A program made the position numbers and the translations under genes. Below the pieces are notes generated by a model. That model did not search any database. It was not told the DNA's origin and saw only the letters and a list, made by a program, of their open reading frames with translations. A stretch of 64,000 nt of DNA from assembly GCA_964270895.1 (NCBI GenBank), contig OZ185436.1. One strand, 5' to 3'. Shown here piece by piece: positions 48,769 to 61,634 of the stretch. Position 1 is the first letter of the stretch, and every line of letters starts with the position of its first letter. This DNA is from Podarcis filfolensis. Its lineage: Eukaryota.

Positions 48769-51700
48769 GCATAGGTGCACCAATCCAGATAGCCATGCAC
48801 AGACAGTGAGTGTCAGATACATACACAATGTTTCTCTGACCCACAGAGTATTTCAAAAATACATTTTTGGTCCCTTTCACTGAATCCCAGCTTTTATGTC
48901 AGAACTGCCTTGACCTTATCCAACATCACTGTTCATTCTTGGTCAGTCTGCAATTGGCTTCAGCCTCAGCAGTCCCTAAAGGGGACCCAACAACCCCAGG
49001 CAAACTGCACACTGGGAACTCCTCATAGAATGTCAATCCCATATATGGAACTGGAACGGCCATGAGTTAAGAGAATTGTGTGTGCATGGGGTGATGGTAA
49101 AGGCAAAGGAAGACAGCTATCAGGGGCTTTTGGCACCTCCTTCACAATGTTCCACATATTCCCTTGCATCCCTAAACCTCCACCTAGTGTCCACTGTGTT
49201 TCACTTTCAGTCACCCCTCTTGCTGCTCATCTCCCTGTACTTTTATGCCTAATTCTCCTTTATCCATACAAGAAATTAGCACAGATAGCAGCATTTTCAT
49301 TTGGTGCTCTGCAGGTGCTCACCAAGTAAGAGTATCCAAAAATATTAGAAATAATGTGACCATCATTAATATGATCGCTTAGTCAATGGGAATAAAATGG
49401 AAGACAAAACTTTTTTCCTACATATCCTCTGTAAGCTCAAAGATGGAGGGAGGGAGGGAGGGAGGTGGAGAAAAGGGTGCCAAAACTGGTTCAGCAACAC
49501 TGAAGCCACTCTCACCAGAACAGTAAATGTATTGCACTGCTGGTTCATATGGCATGAACAGCTGCAGTAAAATGCAGTTGCTGAAAAAAAGGCAACATAA
49601 AATCAATCTGAGGATTCCGAGAAAAAAGGTCAGAAGTAGTGATTAATTATCAAGTGGGGGTGAGTGTTGTGTGCCTTGCAAGGAGGCAAAAACCAAGAAT
49701 ACCAGGCCAGGGGTGGGAGTGGGAGTAACATGGAATGACCCAAGTTGTTGTTTTTCCAAAATGGTCTTTATGAATCAGCTTTGATTTTTGAATTTAGATG
49801 TGGTCCTTTAACATAGAACCTACTTAGAAACAAATGAATTATACCTAAGCAACTGTTCATTCTGTTTGGCAATTAATAAAAACCACATCTTAGTATAAAC
49901 TGCAATGTGATCAGGCTACTATCCACCCTCGTGAGATCAGCAGAGAGCAAGGACAACTGTGGAAAAGAAATCTGATTTGCCCTTGAAAAATGTCACAGTT
50001 TATTTTATACTAGCATTTATAATATCTTACTGGAAAAGTATGTGCTGCCCGAATCTCTTCCCTTGGACTCAAATTCAAGCAGCTTGAGATACTTTCTTAC
50101 AGCTCCTGCAATGAACTTATTTGCTTCCTCATGAACTTAGCATTGCATTTCTAAAAAAGATTGTTTCCAGTCTCCATCATTTTTGTGGAAAGACTATTAG
50201 ATAGTATAGTTACTTATACCACAAAGCCTGTGATGCAAAAACTGTGATTATGTAAAATGTTGAAGACTTTGAACTGATGCAGACCCGGAGTGTATTCAAT
50301 ATTTGCTTTAGACTATCTAATTGTTACTGGAACACAGCAGGCATCTGTTTGGTGATCCTCTCGTTGTCTTTTAAGCCAGTGGGTAATGGACCCTTGCTAT
50401 GATGCATCTCAGTATACTACTCTTTTTCTCTTTAAATCGCCTTTGTCCTATCCTCTTCTCACTTAAAAGTTCCCATACTTGATAGCCTTAACATTTATTC
50501 AAAATGCTCCATGCGCCAACATTATTAGTATTAATTGCATCCTTGTAGTTCACCAGATTTCCAGAATAGTTACCATTGCTCAGCATAACTGCCTCCTACT
50601 ATTTAAGTGCATTTAACATTAAGTGAATTTGACCAGCTGAGTCTTGAACCACAAAGCAGGACATTTGTGATAAAAACATTATCTATTTCTTGTTTAAGAC
50701 ACAGAAATAAAGCTGACACTTGTCAGTCTCTTTTTAGGAACCATATAATTGGAACCAAAGCCCAAAATTTCCTCAAGGGAGATGCACTTTGTACAAACCT
50801 GAAAATCAGCAGTATAGGCAGTCTAGCAATAGCTCATTGTCTCTCCCAGGGATCTTTGATCCAGGATTTGTGCCTCTGAAAAAGAAGAAAATAAATTCTT
50901 ATTGAAGTGACCTATTTTCCCTAAATTGAAGTTCAGTAGGAGAGCACCATGGCCAGAAAACCTGCACTTCTTCCCCAATATGCACAAGGGGCACTGTGTC
51001 CAGAGTGGTTCCTAAACCTGTGGATCCTTTGCAATCCTAACATAGAGAAGTGGAAAACAATTTTCAGGAGGCAAATTGGTGGATAGGCATTTAACTGTTT
51101 CACTGCCCACCAATTATCTCCTGCAAGTGTCTTGTCATTGTTAAACCTCTTTCCCAACAAAGCTCCAAAACCCAAAGTAATTCCAACTTGAAGAAAAGTT
51201 GTATTAAATCCATGCATATTTCCAGTGCGAGCACCATAAGATTTCATGATTTTCATTTAAACTCCCACCCCACCCCCCACAGTGAAACTCTACATGGAGC
51301 CATGTGCTCAAGTCCAAGGAATAAGATCTGTACCAAGGCAGGCTGGCTTTGGAGCATTAGCATGAACCAGGGATGAGTAAGATGCAACTCCCAATGCCCA
51401 TCTGTGTTCAGGCCTCTATCTTCAGTGCACTGCTTTTATAAGAGTGAATATCTGAATACACCTCCCAACACTTATCCTGTTGAAACTAAATAACGCAGTG
51501 TGGACAGACAGAAACCACATTTAGTTATACAGTCAAGCAGAGTCCTAGCTACGGGGGGCGGGGGGGAATGCTAGCCTTTTTTTTTTTTTTTTGCCCCAGT
51601 TGAAGCCTCCAGAGGAGCGCCACCGAGGCTCCCAGCCTCTGTATGTGTACGCAAATGCGCTTCGGGGGTGCCAAACTGGGTATTTGACACAGGTGAAATA

Positions 51701-51909
51701 AAGCCGAGTTTCACGCCTGCAGCCAAGTGATAGACAAGGTTCCAGATCAAGCAAGTGATATGCACAGAAAAGACCATTTCCACGCACACACCTCCTCAGA
51801 TACAGCAGAGTAAGGAGCATGCAAAGAAAGAAATGGGAAAACAAGGGGAAATCTGCCCTGCCTCTCCTTCTTCCTCCCAAGCAAACAAACAAAAAACCCC
51901 ACATATGAG

Positions 51910-52020
51910 GCCCCACATTAGAACAAGAGTCCTCTGGATCAGACCAAACGCTTATCTAGTCTAGCATCCTGTTCCCCACAACGACCAACCAGATGCCTCT
52001 GGAAAGATCAAGATCTGAAC
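51910..52020 (-). mobile_element. CR1 3' UTR fragment
   Basis: TAGAACAAGAG..CTGGATCAGACCAA..ATCTAGTCTAGCATCCTGTT..CCAACCAGATGCCTCTGG. Confidence 0.65.
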
Positions 52021-52784
52021 ATTAAATGTAACAATAAGAAGGTAGCACAACTATAAACACAAGCATTTCATAGTGCAATTACAATAGTTGCAAGCGACAC
52101 TGTCAAAGTAAGGCTGAAATCTTATATGATATATACACTCACTTCTCCACAAATATGCACAGAACTAATATGTATGTATAACAAACTCATTTTCTTGTCT
52201 CTATCCAGTGGTTTCAGTAATTCAGAAACTTTTAATTCTGACAAGAAGTAAATGTGAAAATACTTAGCAACACTGAGGTTTTTGTTTTAACTTCTACATC
52301 AGTTTTTAAAAAGTTGAGGCTTTTTTGCACTGTGTATTTCCTGCAAAAAGAAAATGAGCACACACTAAATTCTCTAACATTCATAGCACAACTTTCTTTC
52401 AATAATTCCAGGAGGCTTACTTACACAGGGATCCCACAAGCAACCCCCACTTCTAGGCACCACCCAACCTTAGATCTGCTTAGCTTCACCAGGATTGCTT
52501 ACATTTTAATTTCTATGATGTAAGCCACTGTGGGTTGTCTTTGACAAGAATGGCAGGATACCATTTTAAATAAGCAAGTAAATAAGTTTAGTTTAAAGAC
52601 AGCATACCAGTAATTTGAGTTGCAGTTTAATTCCAATCTGATCCTGTTCTGTACAATTGTCACTGTTTAACTAGGAATAGGTTCTGCATTCCCTTTTAAT
52701 GGTGATAACAACAGCCAGTTCATCTCAGTTTAAACCTACATAAATGGATTTTAACCCTTCATGCTTTTATTTCTAATTCAGGGT

Positions 52785-52850
52785 GAAAAACCTAAGACAC
52801 TGATAATATATTCCCTAGAAAAACCTGAGACACTGATAATATATTCCCTA
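52785..52850. repeat. 33-bp tandem duplication
   Basis: GAAAAACCT(A/G)AGACACTGATAATATATTCCCTA x2. Confidence 0.9.
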
Positions 52851-53703
52851 GATACAACACATTCTACACAAACAAGAGAGAGAGAGAGAACTTACTCTAG
52901 AGAACTGATATAATCAAGGCTCCTGAATTCAGCGTTGTATGAAAAGCAGAAAATATCACCAAGTATTTAAGTTCAGTTGCTATTGTTAGCTACTGGAAAA
53001 TAAACCTGCTACACAATTACATTCATCCCTCTTCTCATAGAGCTGTTTGGTTTCTCCCAGCTGATCCTGTTTATTTCAGCTGTATTCTACTTCCTGGTTC
53101 ATGTGTACCAGCTTGATGAGATCACAGTGCTCGTGCACGCTCATAAAGCCAGCATGCACTTTTACAACAATTCCTTAAAGAACTAGGAATGGTTTAAACA
53201 AAACCTTTGGAACAGGATTTATTTAGAAGCAAGTATCTCTATGTGTCATCTTTGTGCTATGGAGCGGCGTGATCAAGAGCCCAAATATTTTTACCAGAGT
53301 CTTGCATGGAAAACTCAAACTCCACCTAGATGAACCATAATCCTCCATTTGTGACATCCATAGTGCTAATTGCCAAGACAGAAACAGATTGCTACAACTG
53401 CAAATAAAGACTAAAAAACCACAGTCAAATGAACCTTTGGGACTAGTCCACAATGTAATCAAAACAGCAGTACTGGTTATAAACCAGGTTATTAGCACTT
53501 GTCCACCCGGTTTTCCTAGCCAGCATAAACAGGGATTTTCCATTCAAATGTGATCTGTGAAAGCCAATGCACCTTCCCAAGGCCCTAAACTACTGGATAA
53601 TAGGGGAGTTGGAAGGGCATTTAAATCATGTTACATCAGCTAAACATTTCAAGCCACTTCCCAAGTATCAATCCCCCTGAACTGCCCAATCAGTGAGGAT
53701 GGG

Positions 53704-54177
53704 AGTACGTTTCCAAGCACAATTCAAAGTGTTGGTGTTGATCTCTAAAGCCCTAAACGGCCTTGGCACAGTACACCTGAAAGAGCGTCTCCACCCCCAT
53801 CGTTCTGCCCGGACACCGAGATCCAGCGCCAAGGGCCTTCTGGCAGTTCCCTCACTGTGAGAAGCCAAATTACAGGGAACCAGGCACAGGGCCTTCTCAG
53901 TAGTGGCACCCACCCTGTGGAACGCCCTCCCATCAGAGGTCAAAGAGATAAACAACTATATGACATTTAGAAAACATCCCATCAGAGGTCAAAGAGATAA
54001 ACAACTATATGACATTTAGAAAACATCTGAATGCAGCCCTGTTTTAGGGAAGTTTTTAATGACTGGTGTTTTAATATATTTTTCATCTTTGTTGGAAGCC
54101 GCCCAGAGTGGCTGGGGAAACCCAGCCAGATGGGCAGGCTATAATTAATTAATTAATTAATTAATTAATTAATTAAT
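53704..54177 (+). mobile_element. L2 3' portion with internal 49-bp tandem duplication and (AATT)n tail
   Basis: Collinear with 24450-24840; perfect duplication 53929-53977 / 53978-54026. Confidence 0.9.
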
Positions 54178-54922
54178 AATATCAATGGCAGACAGAGGCT
54201 CCCATCCTTGTCTTATAGCCAGGTGAAACACTCAGACTGTAAACAAAAACTTTGAGCCCACATCCTTCCAGAATATGATGCAAGAAGCTGAAAAATATAT
54301 TTAGTTTAAAAATGCTTGAGAGAAGAAAAATCAGTTGTATTAATGATGGAGAGCAAATCTTAATTAAATTCAGAGGGATTTACTTCCAAGTAAACATGCT
54401 TAAGATTGGGACACATGGCTGCAATCCTATGCATACTTCCAAGTATGCAAACAAATAAAAGATGAATTAATTAATGAAAATGCTAGGGTGGCAGTGAGGC
54501 AAGGATGTTAATTTCCTCACACACCCCAAGATTTGCTAGGTTTGCCATCTTTCTTTCAGTTTGGGGGGGGGGGGTTCTTGTGCCTTAGCTGTGCAACAAG
54601 CAAAAATTTAGCACTAAAAGCTGTACCTGCGATGCAGAGGCTCTGAAAGTTACCACTTAAATTGAATTGAAGTTGTACTTGTTACAGTTACTTTACATTA
54701 TCCTCCTATGCTTTTAACCATCAAGGAGTTTCAAACCAGTTACTGTATTGAGAGAAGCAAAAATGGGCAAACCTGAGAGCCTCATTTGCATGTCTATTGT
54801 TTATTTCTTCCCTAGATTCCACTTTAAACAGAAATTAAAGGATTGTTTGGGCTGGTGCTTTTCGTTTGCTAAAGAAAACCCTCATCCTACAGTATGATCT
54901 TGAGAGCCACTTAGAACAAGGC

Positions 54923-55144
54923 ATATTACTAATACTGTATTTACTGGACCAGATGTATAGCAGTTAGATGGTCCAGATGGTCTATAGCAGTTAGAAAAGG
55001 TGTGCTTCCCAAGATCTCTTATTATTGGGATCCAATAATACAGTATTACTAATACTGTACCAGATGTACGCACATGAAGCCTCCACTGGTCTATAGCAGT
55101 TAGAAAAGGTGTGCTTCCCAAGATCTCTTATTATTGGGATCCAA
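54923..55144. repeat. Mosaic local duplication with two identical 57-bp blocks and short hairpins
   Basis: GGTCTATAGCAGTTAGAAAAGGTGTGCTTCCCAAGATCTCTTATTATTGGGATCCAA at 54979-55035 and 55088-55144. Confidence 0.9.
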
Positions 55145-55579
55145 ACTATTCCCGTTTCCATTGCAATCCACCATACCCAGCTAGCGCCACATCCACATGG
55201 AGTGTTGGTTGCTTCTACTACAAATGTATTCCAGCCGGTTTTGCATCTCCCCACCCCCCACCTTTCCAGATTACTTTCCCCGTTCAGAAACAGAAGCTAT
55301 CATGTATTTGTTTGTATATGTGTAGCAGGTGTTAGTCATAGGGTTCGATAGGGAGCCCACTCTCTCCTCCACTAGGATCCACGCAAGACAATCTCCTCCA
55401 CTAAGACACACGCTGGTTTAATGTCCTCCTATCTTCCATGGTGTCACTTTCTTCCTCATCAATCCACTGACTGGCAGACTTCCCAAAAAAACCCCTTCGG
55501 TGCCAAGGATCAGCCCCTTCCACTCCTCCTTCAAAGGTTTCCACTCTCACCGCCCCCGACTCTTCCTCAAGATCTTCCA

Positions 55580-56330
55580 AGGGGTGTCAGCTAACATCGT
55601 GGGGATCCATTCTCGCGAATCCTCCTTCCCCCGCTCCGCCTCCCCCCCGCAGCAGCAATCCACTGCCGTCTATGGCACAGGAAACAGATTCCTTTGGGAT
55701 CTCCTCTGGTTTTCGGCCCCCTCCCTTCTTACGCCTCCCCCCCCACCCCACCCCAGACCGCGGAATCCAGTGACCGGGATCTCCTCAGTTCCAAACACCA
55801 CCTCCTCCCTGCGAGGCTCTCTCTGTTTCCCGCCCGCCCCCCCAACTCACACAGCAGCAGGAAGAGCGGAGCCGGCGCTCGGGACTCAACTGGCAGCTCC
55901 CGCCTCAGTCACGGGCTGAGGCTAAACCTCGGGGGCGCGCCTGGCTCGGCGGTTGGGAGGCGCGTCCTCGCCCCAATCCGGGAGCGCGCCGCGCCGGGCT
56001 CAGCCCCGCGGGATGGGGTGGAGCTCGACGTCGGCGGGAAGCCGCTGCCGCCAGTATGAGGGCAAGTGGCCTCAGCGCCACAGGGCGGGAAAGGGAAGCA
56101 GCCGCCGAGGAAGCGGCGTCGGCGGCGGTTCAGGGTGGCTACGTTGCTGAGAGAGCGCTTCCTCCGCCTGTTTTTATTAAAGGAGGTTGTTTTATAGCAG
56201 CCGCCTCACCGTCTCCAAGTACCTCGATTGTACGTGAGGGGAAATGGGCCGCCGTCAAGTTTCCACTTATATTTTATTTTATTTACCTCACAGTCGCCCT
56301 TTGCCTCTCAACCGCCTCAGACAGTAGGAA
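55580..56330. promoter_or_regulatory. CpG-island promoter of TEX264
   Basis: The only extended non-repeat GC/CpG-dense tract in the window, about 7.5 kb upstream of the first coding exon; GC boxes (GGGCGG), CCAAT near 55973, GGAAG ETS-like cores. Confidence 0.8.
55851..55960 (-). other. TEX264: Candidate non-coding first exon of TEX264 (5' boundary/TSS uncertain)
   Basis: Inside the CpG island; minus-strand donor CTGCTGT/GTGAGTTGGGGGGGCGGGCGGG at 55851/55850 followed by G-rich intronic sequence; no ATG in the segment. The coding exon starts with an acceptor, so an upstream exon is required. Confidence 0.55.
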
Positions 56331-57768
56331 ATTCAGCAGGTGTCGCCTTCCCACGTCTCTTCAGTTCTGCGCAAGGAAAAGCTTCGTTGGCTAATATATC
56401 CTCCTCTCAGGTAGCTGTTAAAAGAAGAGTAGGGGAGCCCTGACTAAGGAAAAGGCAGCTTTAAGCCTCTGGAGTCGCAACCTCAATCCAATTCAGAATA
56501 CAGTAGCTACCATTAAGTTTTGAGCCGGAGTCCTTGGCTTAACAAGCAGCAATTCAGCAAGTTCAGCTTTACCCATCCCTGCCACCCTGTTGAACAGTGC
56601 TGCTGCACCTGTAGGATTTCTGCTTGCCATGAGGCTCTTCAGGAACTTTGCCAGGAAAAGAAGGTTTAGGGCCTTATAGCAGAAGATTGAACCTAGCAGA
56701 TAGCAAACCAGTCTGGGGAGAAGAGAACAAGTACATTCAGGGTTGGTTCTCGTGCCCAGGCAGTCTAGACACTGTGTCAGCCCTAGGCAATTGCTAATTT
56801 GTGTGCTTACATATTTGCAAATTTAAAACTGAATTGCTTGCCTAAGCTAAAATAGCCTATCCAGTTGGAGAGTTCGCTTACAACTTGCCCTGATCCACAA
56901 CTTTGGATCAGTGTCAGTTTCTATATTTTTTTTAAATAATTTTTATTGAATGATTTTATGTTTCAAAAAACAATACAGCCATACAGTCAGTTTCTTAATT
57001 CCCTTGGAAAATACCTAGCTCGTGACCTTGACAAAGCCCAATGATCATTAGAAATGAATATTAAGTAGTGAGGAACACATCTTAGTGGAAAGAATTGTCT
57101 TGGGTGATAGATCCCAGAGAAGCACTGTGGGTTCCCAATAGAGAGGTGACAAGTTTTTTTGTGGGGAGGCACTTGTGCTTCTAAACAGAATAATTAATCT
57201 CAAATGATCTGGCTCTCCTAGGCAAATTAGTAACTATGAAACATGAGCTATTTGGATCCTCTAATCCAGCACTATCTACTCCGACCAGACATGGCTCTCT
57301 CAAGGCCTCATGTACACATTTTCCCTAATCCTACTATCTGAATTCCTTTTAACTAGAAACGCCAAAGAATGAACCTAGGATTTCTGGATAAAGAATGTGG
57401 GTCTACCACTGAGTTATATATACCTAGAAACTAAACCTTGAGTTTCACTTGTAACTGCCTTACTAGCAGAGAGAAATCACAACAATCCAGGATATTCCTG
57501 TATAGGACATAATCCCTCTCTGTTTCAAGCACGAAAATATATTACTTGAAAGGGGAATTAAAAAATTCAAAAAGAGTAGGTATATCATGATAGCTAAATG
57601 TTCAGAGGAAGCATGTCACAGAATATCAGTTGCTGGGTGACAGCAGCACATTGACAGCTGTTGGCCTCAAATCCTGATGGTATTTTCTGGACACATAGTT
57701 AACCTCTTTGGGGGGGGGGGGGAAGGATGCTAGACTAGGTAGAACTTCGTTCTGATCAAGCACTGCTC

Positions 57769-58443
57769 TTATTTGTTTATCCAATTTGTATCCTGCCCTT
57801 CCTCCTGGAGGAGACCAGGGTGGCAGACATATCTATAATTTAAGAATAAAATAAAGCATTCTAAAAACAGTTTTAAAAACTATAAAGACAGTTAAAAACA
57901 TTGTCTCAACCAGTGATTTCAAAGTTGCCAGAAACAGTATCTTCCAGCCACCAAAGGTTTGGGTAAATAGGAATGTTTTTAAATTCCTCCTCAAAGTCAG
58001 TAATGAGACAGACCCTTACTAAGGGAGGGCATTCACAAATGGGGAAGTGTCACTGAAAATGCCCTGTCATGGGTCAGTGCAACTAAGCATGGCCAACAAA
58101 CCCTCACCTGCTGACTGCAGTGTCTGAGATGGTTGATATTATGAAGGAGCTCTTTTGGGTCCCAAGCCATTTAGGACTTCACATGCTAGTACTAACACCT
58201 TGAATTGAGCCCAGTAGTTCATTGGCAGCCAATGCAGCATTTTCAGGACCAATTGCATGTAGTCCAATCAAACTGCCCCACTTGCCAGTTTAGTAGCTGC
58301 ATTCTGCACTAGCTGCAGCCTCTGGACCATGTTCAAGGGCAGCCCCACATACAGCACATTACAGTAATCCAGATGGGAGGTCACCAGAGCACAAGCAACA
58401 GGTTGTCCTGATCAAGGAGTGGCCATAACTGGAGAATCAGCCT
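57769..58443 (-). mobile_element. Old L2 LINE 3' portion
   Basis: Minus strand reads as degenerate ..LDYCNVLYVGLPLNMVQRLQLVQNAAT.. plus an L2-type 3' end. Confidence 0.75.
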
Positions 58444-59364
58444 AATTCTCTACTTTTGTCAATGGGTAATAAACAGTCACTATACTTCAGGAACTTCTAA
58501 GGTGAACTACTCCATTCTAGAGAGAGGAAAACTACATGTTAGCATTTATTTATTTATTGCTGCATTAAAGATACTGACCATTCCATTACCTGGAAACCTG
58601 TTTTCCCCTTCCAAATGGAATAAAATAAAATATGTTGACTCTAATTGGCAGCAAACTCTAGGCTTCAGGATCCTACACTGACATCTTCCACTACATTGCC
58701 CTACTTTTTTAATATTTTCTTTTTACAAACAATCCTTATTATAGTAGATCTTCCTCCTGCATAACATGAGCGCTTATCAATCATGATTCTTCATATGACT
58801 GCAAATTACATGGTGACGGGATATTACACTACTAATGATAGATTGGAATTAGTGTGAGATTGCTGCTTCAAGATGTTTTGATTATGATTATGATTAAATT
58901 TATCATGCACTCTTCCCTAGCAGGCCCCAGGGCAGCTTACAACGATTCAAAATTATGGAAGTTGTCTTGCTAGTGAAGTGTTATTTTGCTCATGCTTAGC
59001 CTCAGCAACTGTTTCAGCAGAATCCAGCATCTCTGGATCTGGACTAATTAATGCCCAGAGGAGATTATTATCTTGACTAATCTATATTAGACTATCAGGT
59101 GACACCAATTCATGTATAATTTTGTTTCACTGTCAGAGAACTATTGTTTATCATTGGATTTAGGTAGTGAATAGGTGAATAGGTGAAATCCCCCTAAAAT
59201 TTCCTTCTGCCAGGAAATATTTTTAAAGTGTGTCATGTAAACTGTCAGGATGCAAAAAATGGTTTTAGGTTTATGACTTTACATTCATACAAACTGCACA
59301 CACAAAAAACCACTTGGTCCAGAGATAAAATTCTGCAGAGAAGAACATTTAGTGCAAGATGAGT

Positions 59365-60761
59365 CTTCTTCTTTGGCGATCACTTGTAGCCGAGTAAGAT
59401 TGTCTTCAGTGAACACAGTCTTAACAGTGAGTCCGAAAGAGACTGTGGAGGACAATTCTGGATCCACACGTCCTTCCACAGTGGGGACATAGGTTTCCAT
59501 GCTTTCCTCTTAGCTTGTTTCTCCCTTGCGCCCTGAGTTTGAGTGTCTTCAAAGTCCACGATACCTTTGGTAAAGGCTGTTCTCCAATTGGAGTGCTCAC
59601 AGGCCAGTGTTTCCCAACTGTCAATGTTTATACTACTTTTTTTTAGATTTGCCTTGAGAGAGTCTTTAAACCTCTTTTGTTGACCACCAACATTACACTT
59701 TCCATTTTAAAGTTTGGAATAGAGTAGTTGCTTTGGAAGACGATAATCAGGCATCCGAACAACATGACCAGTCCAATGAAGTTGATGTTGAAGAATCGTT
59801 GCTTTGACACTGATCTTTGCTTCTTCCATTACACTGACATTAGTTCACTTGTCTTCCTAGGTGATATGTAAAAAATTTTGGAGACACTGTTGATGGAATC
59901 TTTTGAGGAGTTGGAGATGGTGTTTATAAGTGGTCCATGTTTCACAAGTATATAGTAAGTTTGGTAGTACAATATTTTTGTAAACAAGAATTTTGGTTTC
60001 CCTGTGAATGTCTCAGTCCTCAAACACTGTGCACTTCAATCGGGAGAAAGCTGCACTCAGAGCTCAGGCGATGCTGTATTTCAGTATCACTATTGGCTCT
60101 TGTGTAAAGCTAACTGCCCAGGTAGGAAAAATGATTGACATTTTCCAGTGCTGCACCATTAAGTTGGATCTGTGGCACTGCAGAGGGCTTGTTTTGTTCT
60201 TGTTGGTGCAGCACTTTGTTTTTTGGGATGTTGAGCAATTGGTCAAGCTTTTCATAAGCTGCAAAGCTTTTTAGGATGGTTTGGAGGTCACTGGACACAA
60301 CGTTGTCATCAGCATATTGAAGCTCTATGACGAAAGTTATGGTAACCTTACTCTTTGTTTTCAGCCTATTCAAGTTAAAGAGCTTGCCATCTGTTTGATA
60401 TATGATTTCTACCCCGGTGGGGAGTTTCCCTTCGGCAATGTGTATGATCATGTCAATGAAAATAATAAATAGAGTTGGGGCGATAGCACATCCTTGTTTG
60501 ACACCTGATCCCACTGTGAGCAGTTCGCTGTGAGAGCCATTGTTATCTGCGATTGTTGCTGTCATATTATCATGGAGGAGCCGAAGGAAGTTAATAAATT
60601 TATCTGGGCAGCCAACTTTCAGAAGGACAGTCCACAGGGCATTATGATTTACAGTGTCGAAGGCCTTAGTCAGGTCAATAAATGCCATATACAGGGATTG
60701 GTTTAGTTTTTTTCAGTAGATTTAGATAGCTAAAGCCCTATTCATCTTGAAAACCAACCCC
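59365..60761 (-). mobile_element. 5'-truncated RTE-clade LINE (non-BovB) with complex 5' junction
   Basis: AFIDLTKAFDTV..GVKQGC.IAPTLF..ELQYADD RT motifs (60110-60688), C-terminal CPHCGRTCGSRI.LHS..RTH zinc finger, (GAA)n tail, perfect 12-bp TSD TGCAAGATGAGT (59353-59364, 60762-60773). Confidence 0.92.
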
Positions 60762-61269
60762 TGCAAGATGAGTAGGGCTTTAGCTATCTAAATCCACTGA
60801 AAAAAGTAGTCCACAGATGGTGTAATGAAAATCACTGAACACTTTTCCTGTTCACCCATTAGCTTATATTCGCCTTTCAAACCATTGTCATTTAAATTAT
60901 TTTGTAATTGGACACAAAGTGAAAAGTACAGTACTAAAAACCTCAACCCCAACTCATTTGTCATTTGAACTTCCTGCCTGTTCATTGTTTACATGCCATG
61001 TTTTCTGTAATATGCATGTATCTGGTTTATCATGTGCATGCATTGTTTCTTCTTCATCTGGACAGTATTGGGCTCAGTACACAGGCCATTGCTGTTAGAA
61101 TCTGCTAATCCCCAACTTCCTTTCTGCAACATTGACAGGTTTCACCATTTTTTTGTGTCCTCTCAGCAGTAGTCACAATAGTTAGAGTACTATCCATGCT
61201 TCCCTATTATCATCTCAGTACCTACACTACTATTCAGCATCATTCTCCCAAGCCCCAAGCACTTGGTTC

Positions 61270-61620
61270 AACAACACTGTTTTGCTGCACAATTCAAAAG
61301 ACTATATTTAATCTTTAAAGCTCTAAATCATTTGGGTCCATGGTATCTCATGGAACACCTTGTCGTTTTATTTCCTTCTTTGATTTATGATCTGCCAAGA
61401 AGACTTTCTTGTATCCAGCTGCCTAAACACTGGCGGTGAAGTCTAGGGACATTCTAGGTTGTATCAGCCTGCTTTTGGAATTTCATTTTTTAGGAGATTC
61501 ACTTGACAGATCCTCTCTAACCCTTTAAAAACTAGTTAAAACTGACATATCATTACTTGATATAGGCATTACTGGTTCCTGTTGCAGTATTTTTATTGCT
61601 TTTGAGCAAAAATGATGCAA
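61270..61620 (+). mobile_element. Very old L2 3' portion
   Basis: GCACAATTCAAAA..ATCTTTAAAGCTCTAAATCATTTGGGTCCA..CTTTTGGAAT pattern. Confidence 0.5.
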
Positions 61621-61634
61621 AATTTTTATTTTTG

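Noticed and set aside
60708-60805. Conserved microRNA gene
   Set aside because: The hairpin is fully explained as a retrotransposon junction duplication (TSD and element-derived loop); no recognised mature miRNA. Kept only as a junction finding.
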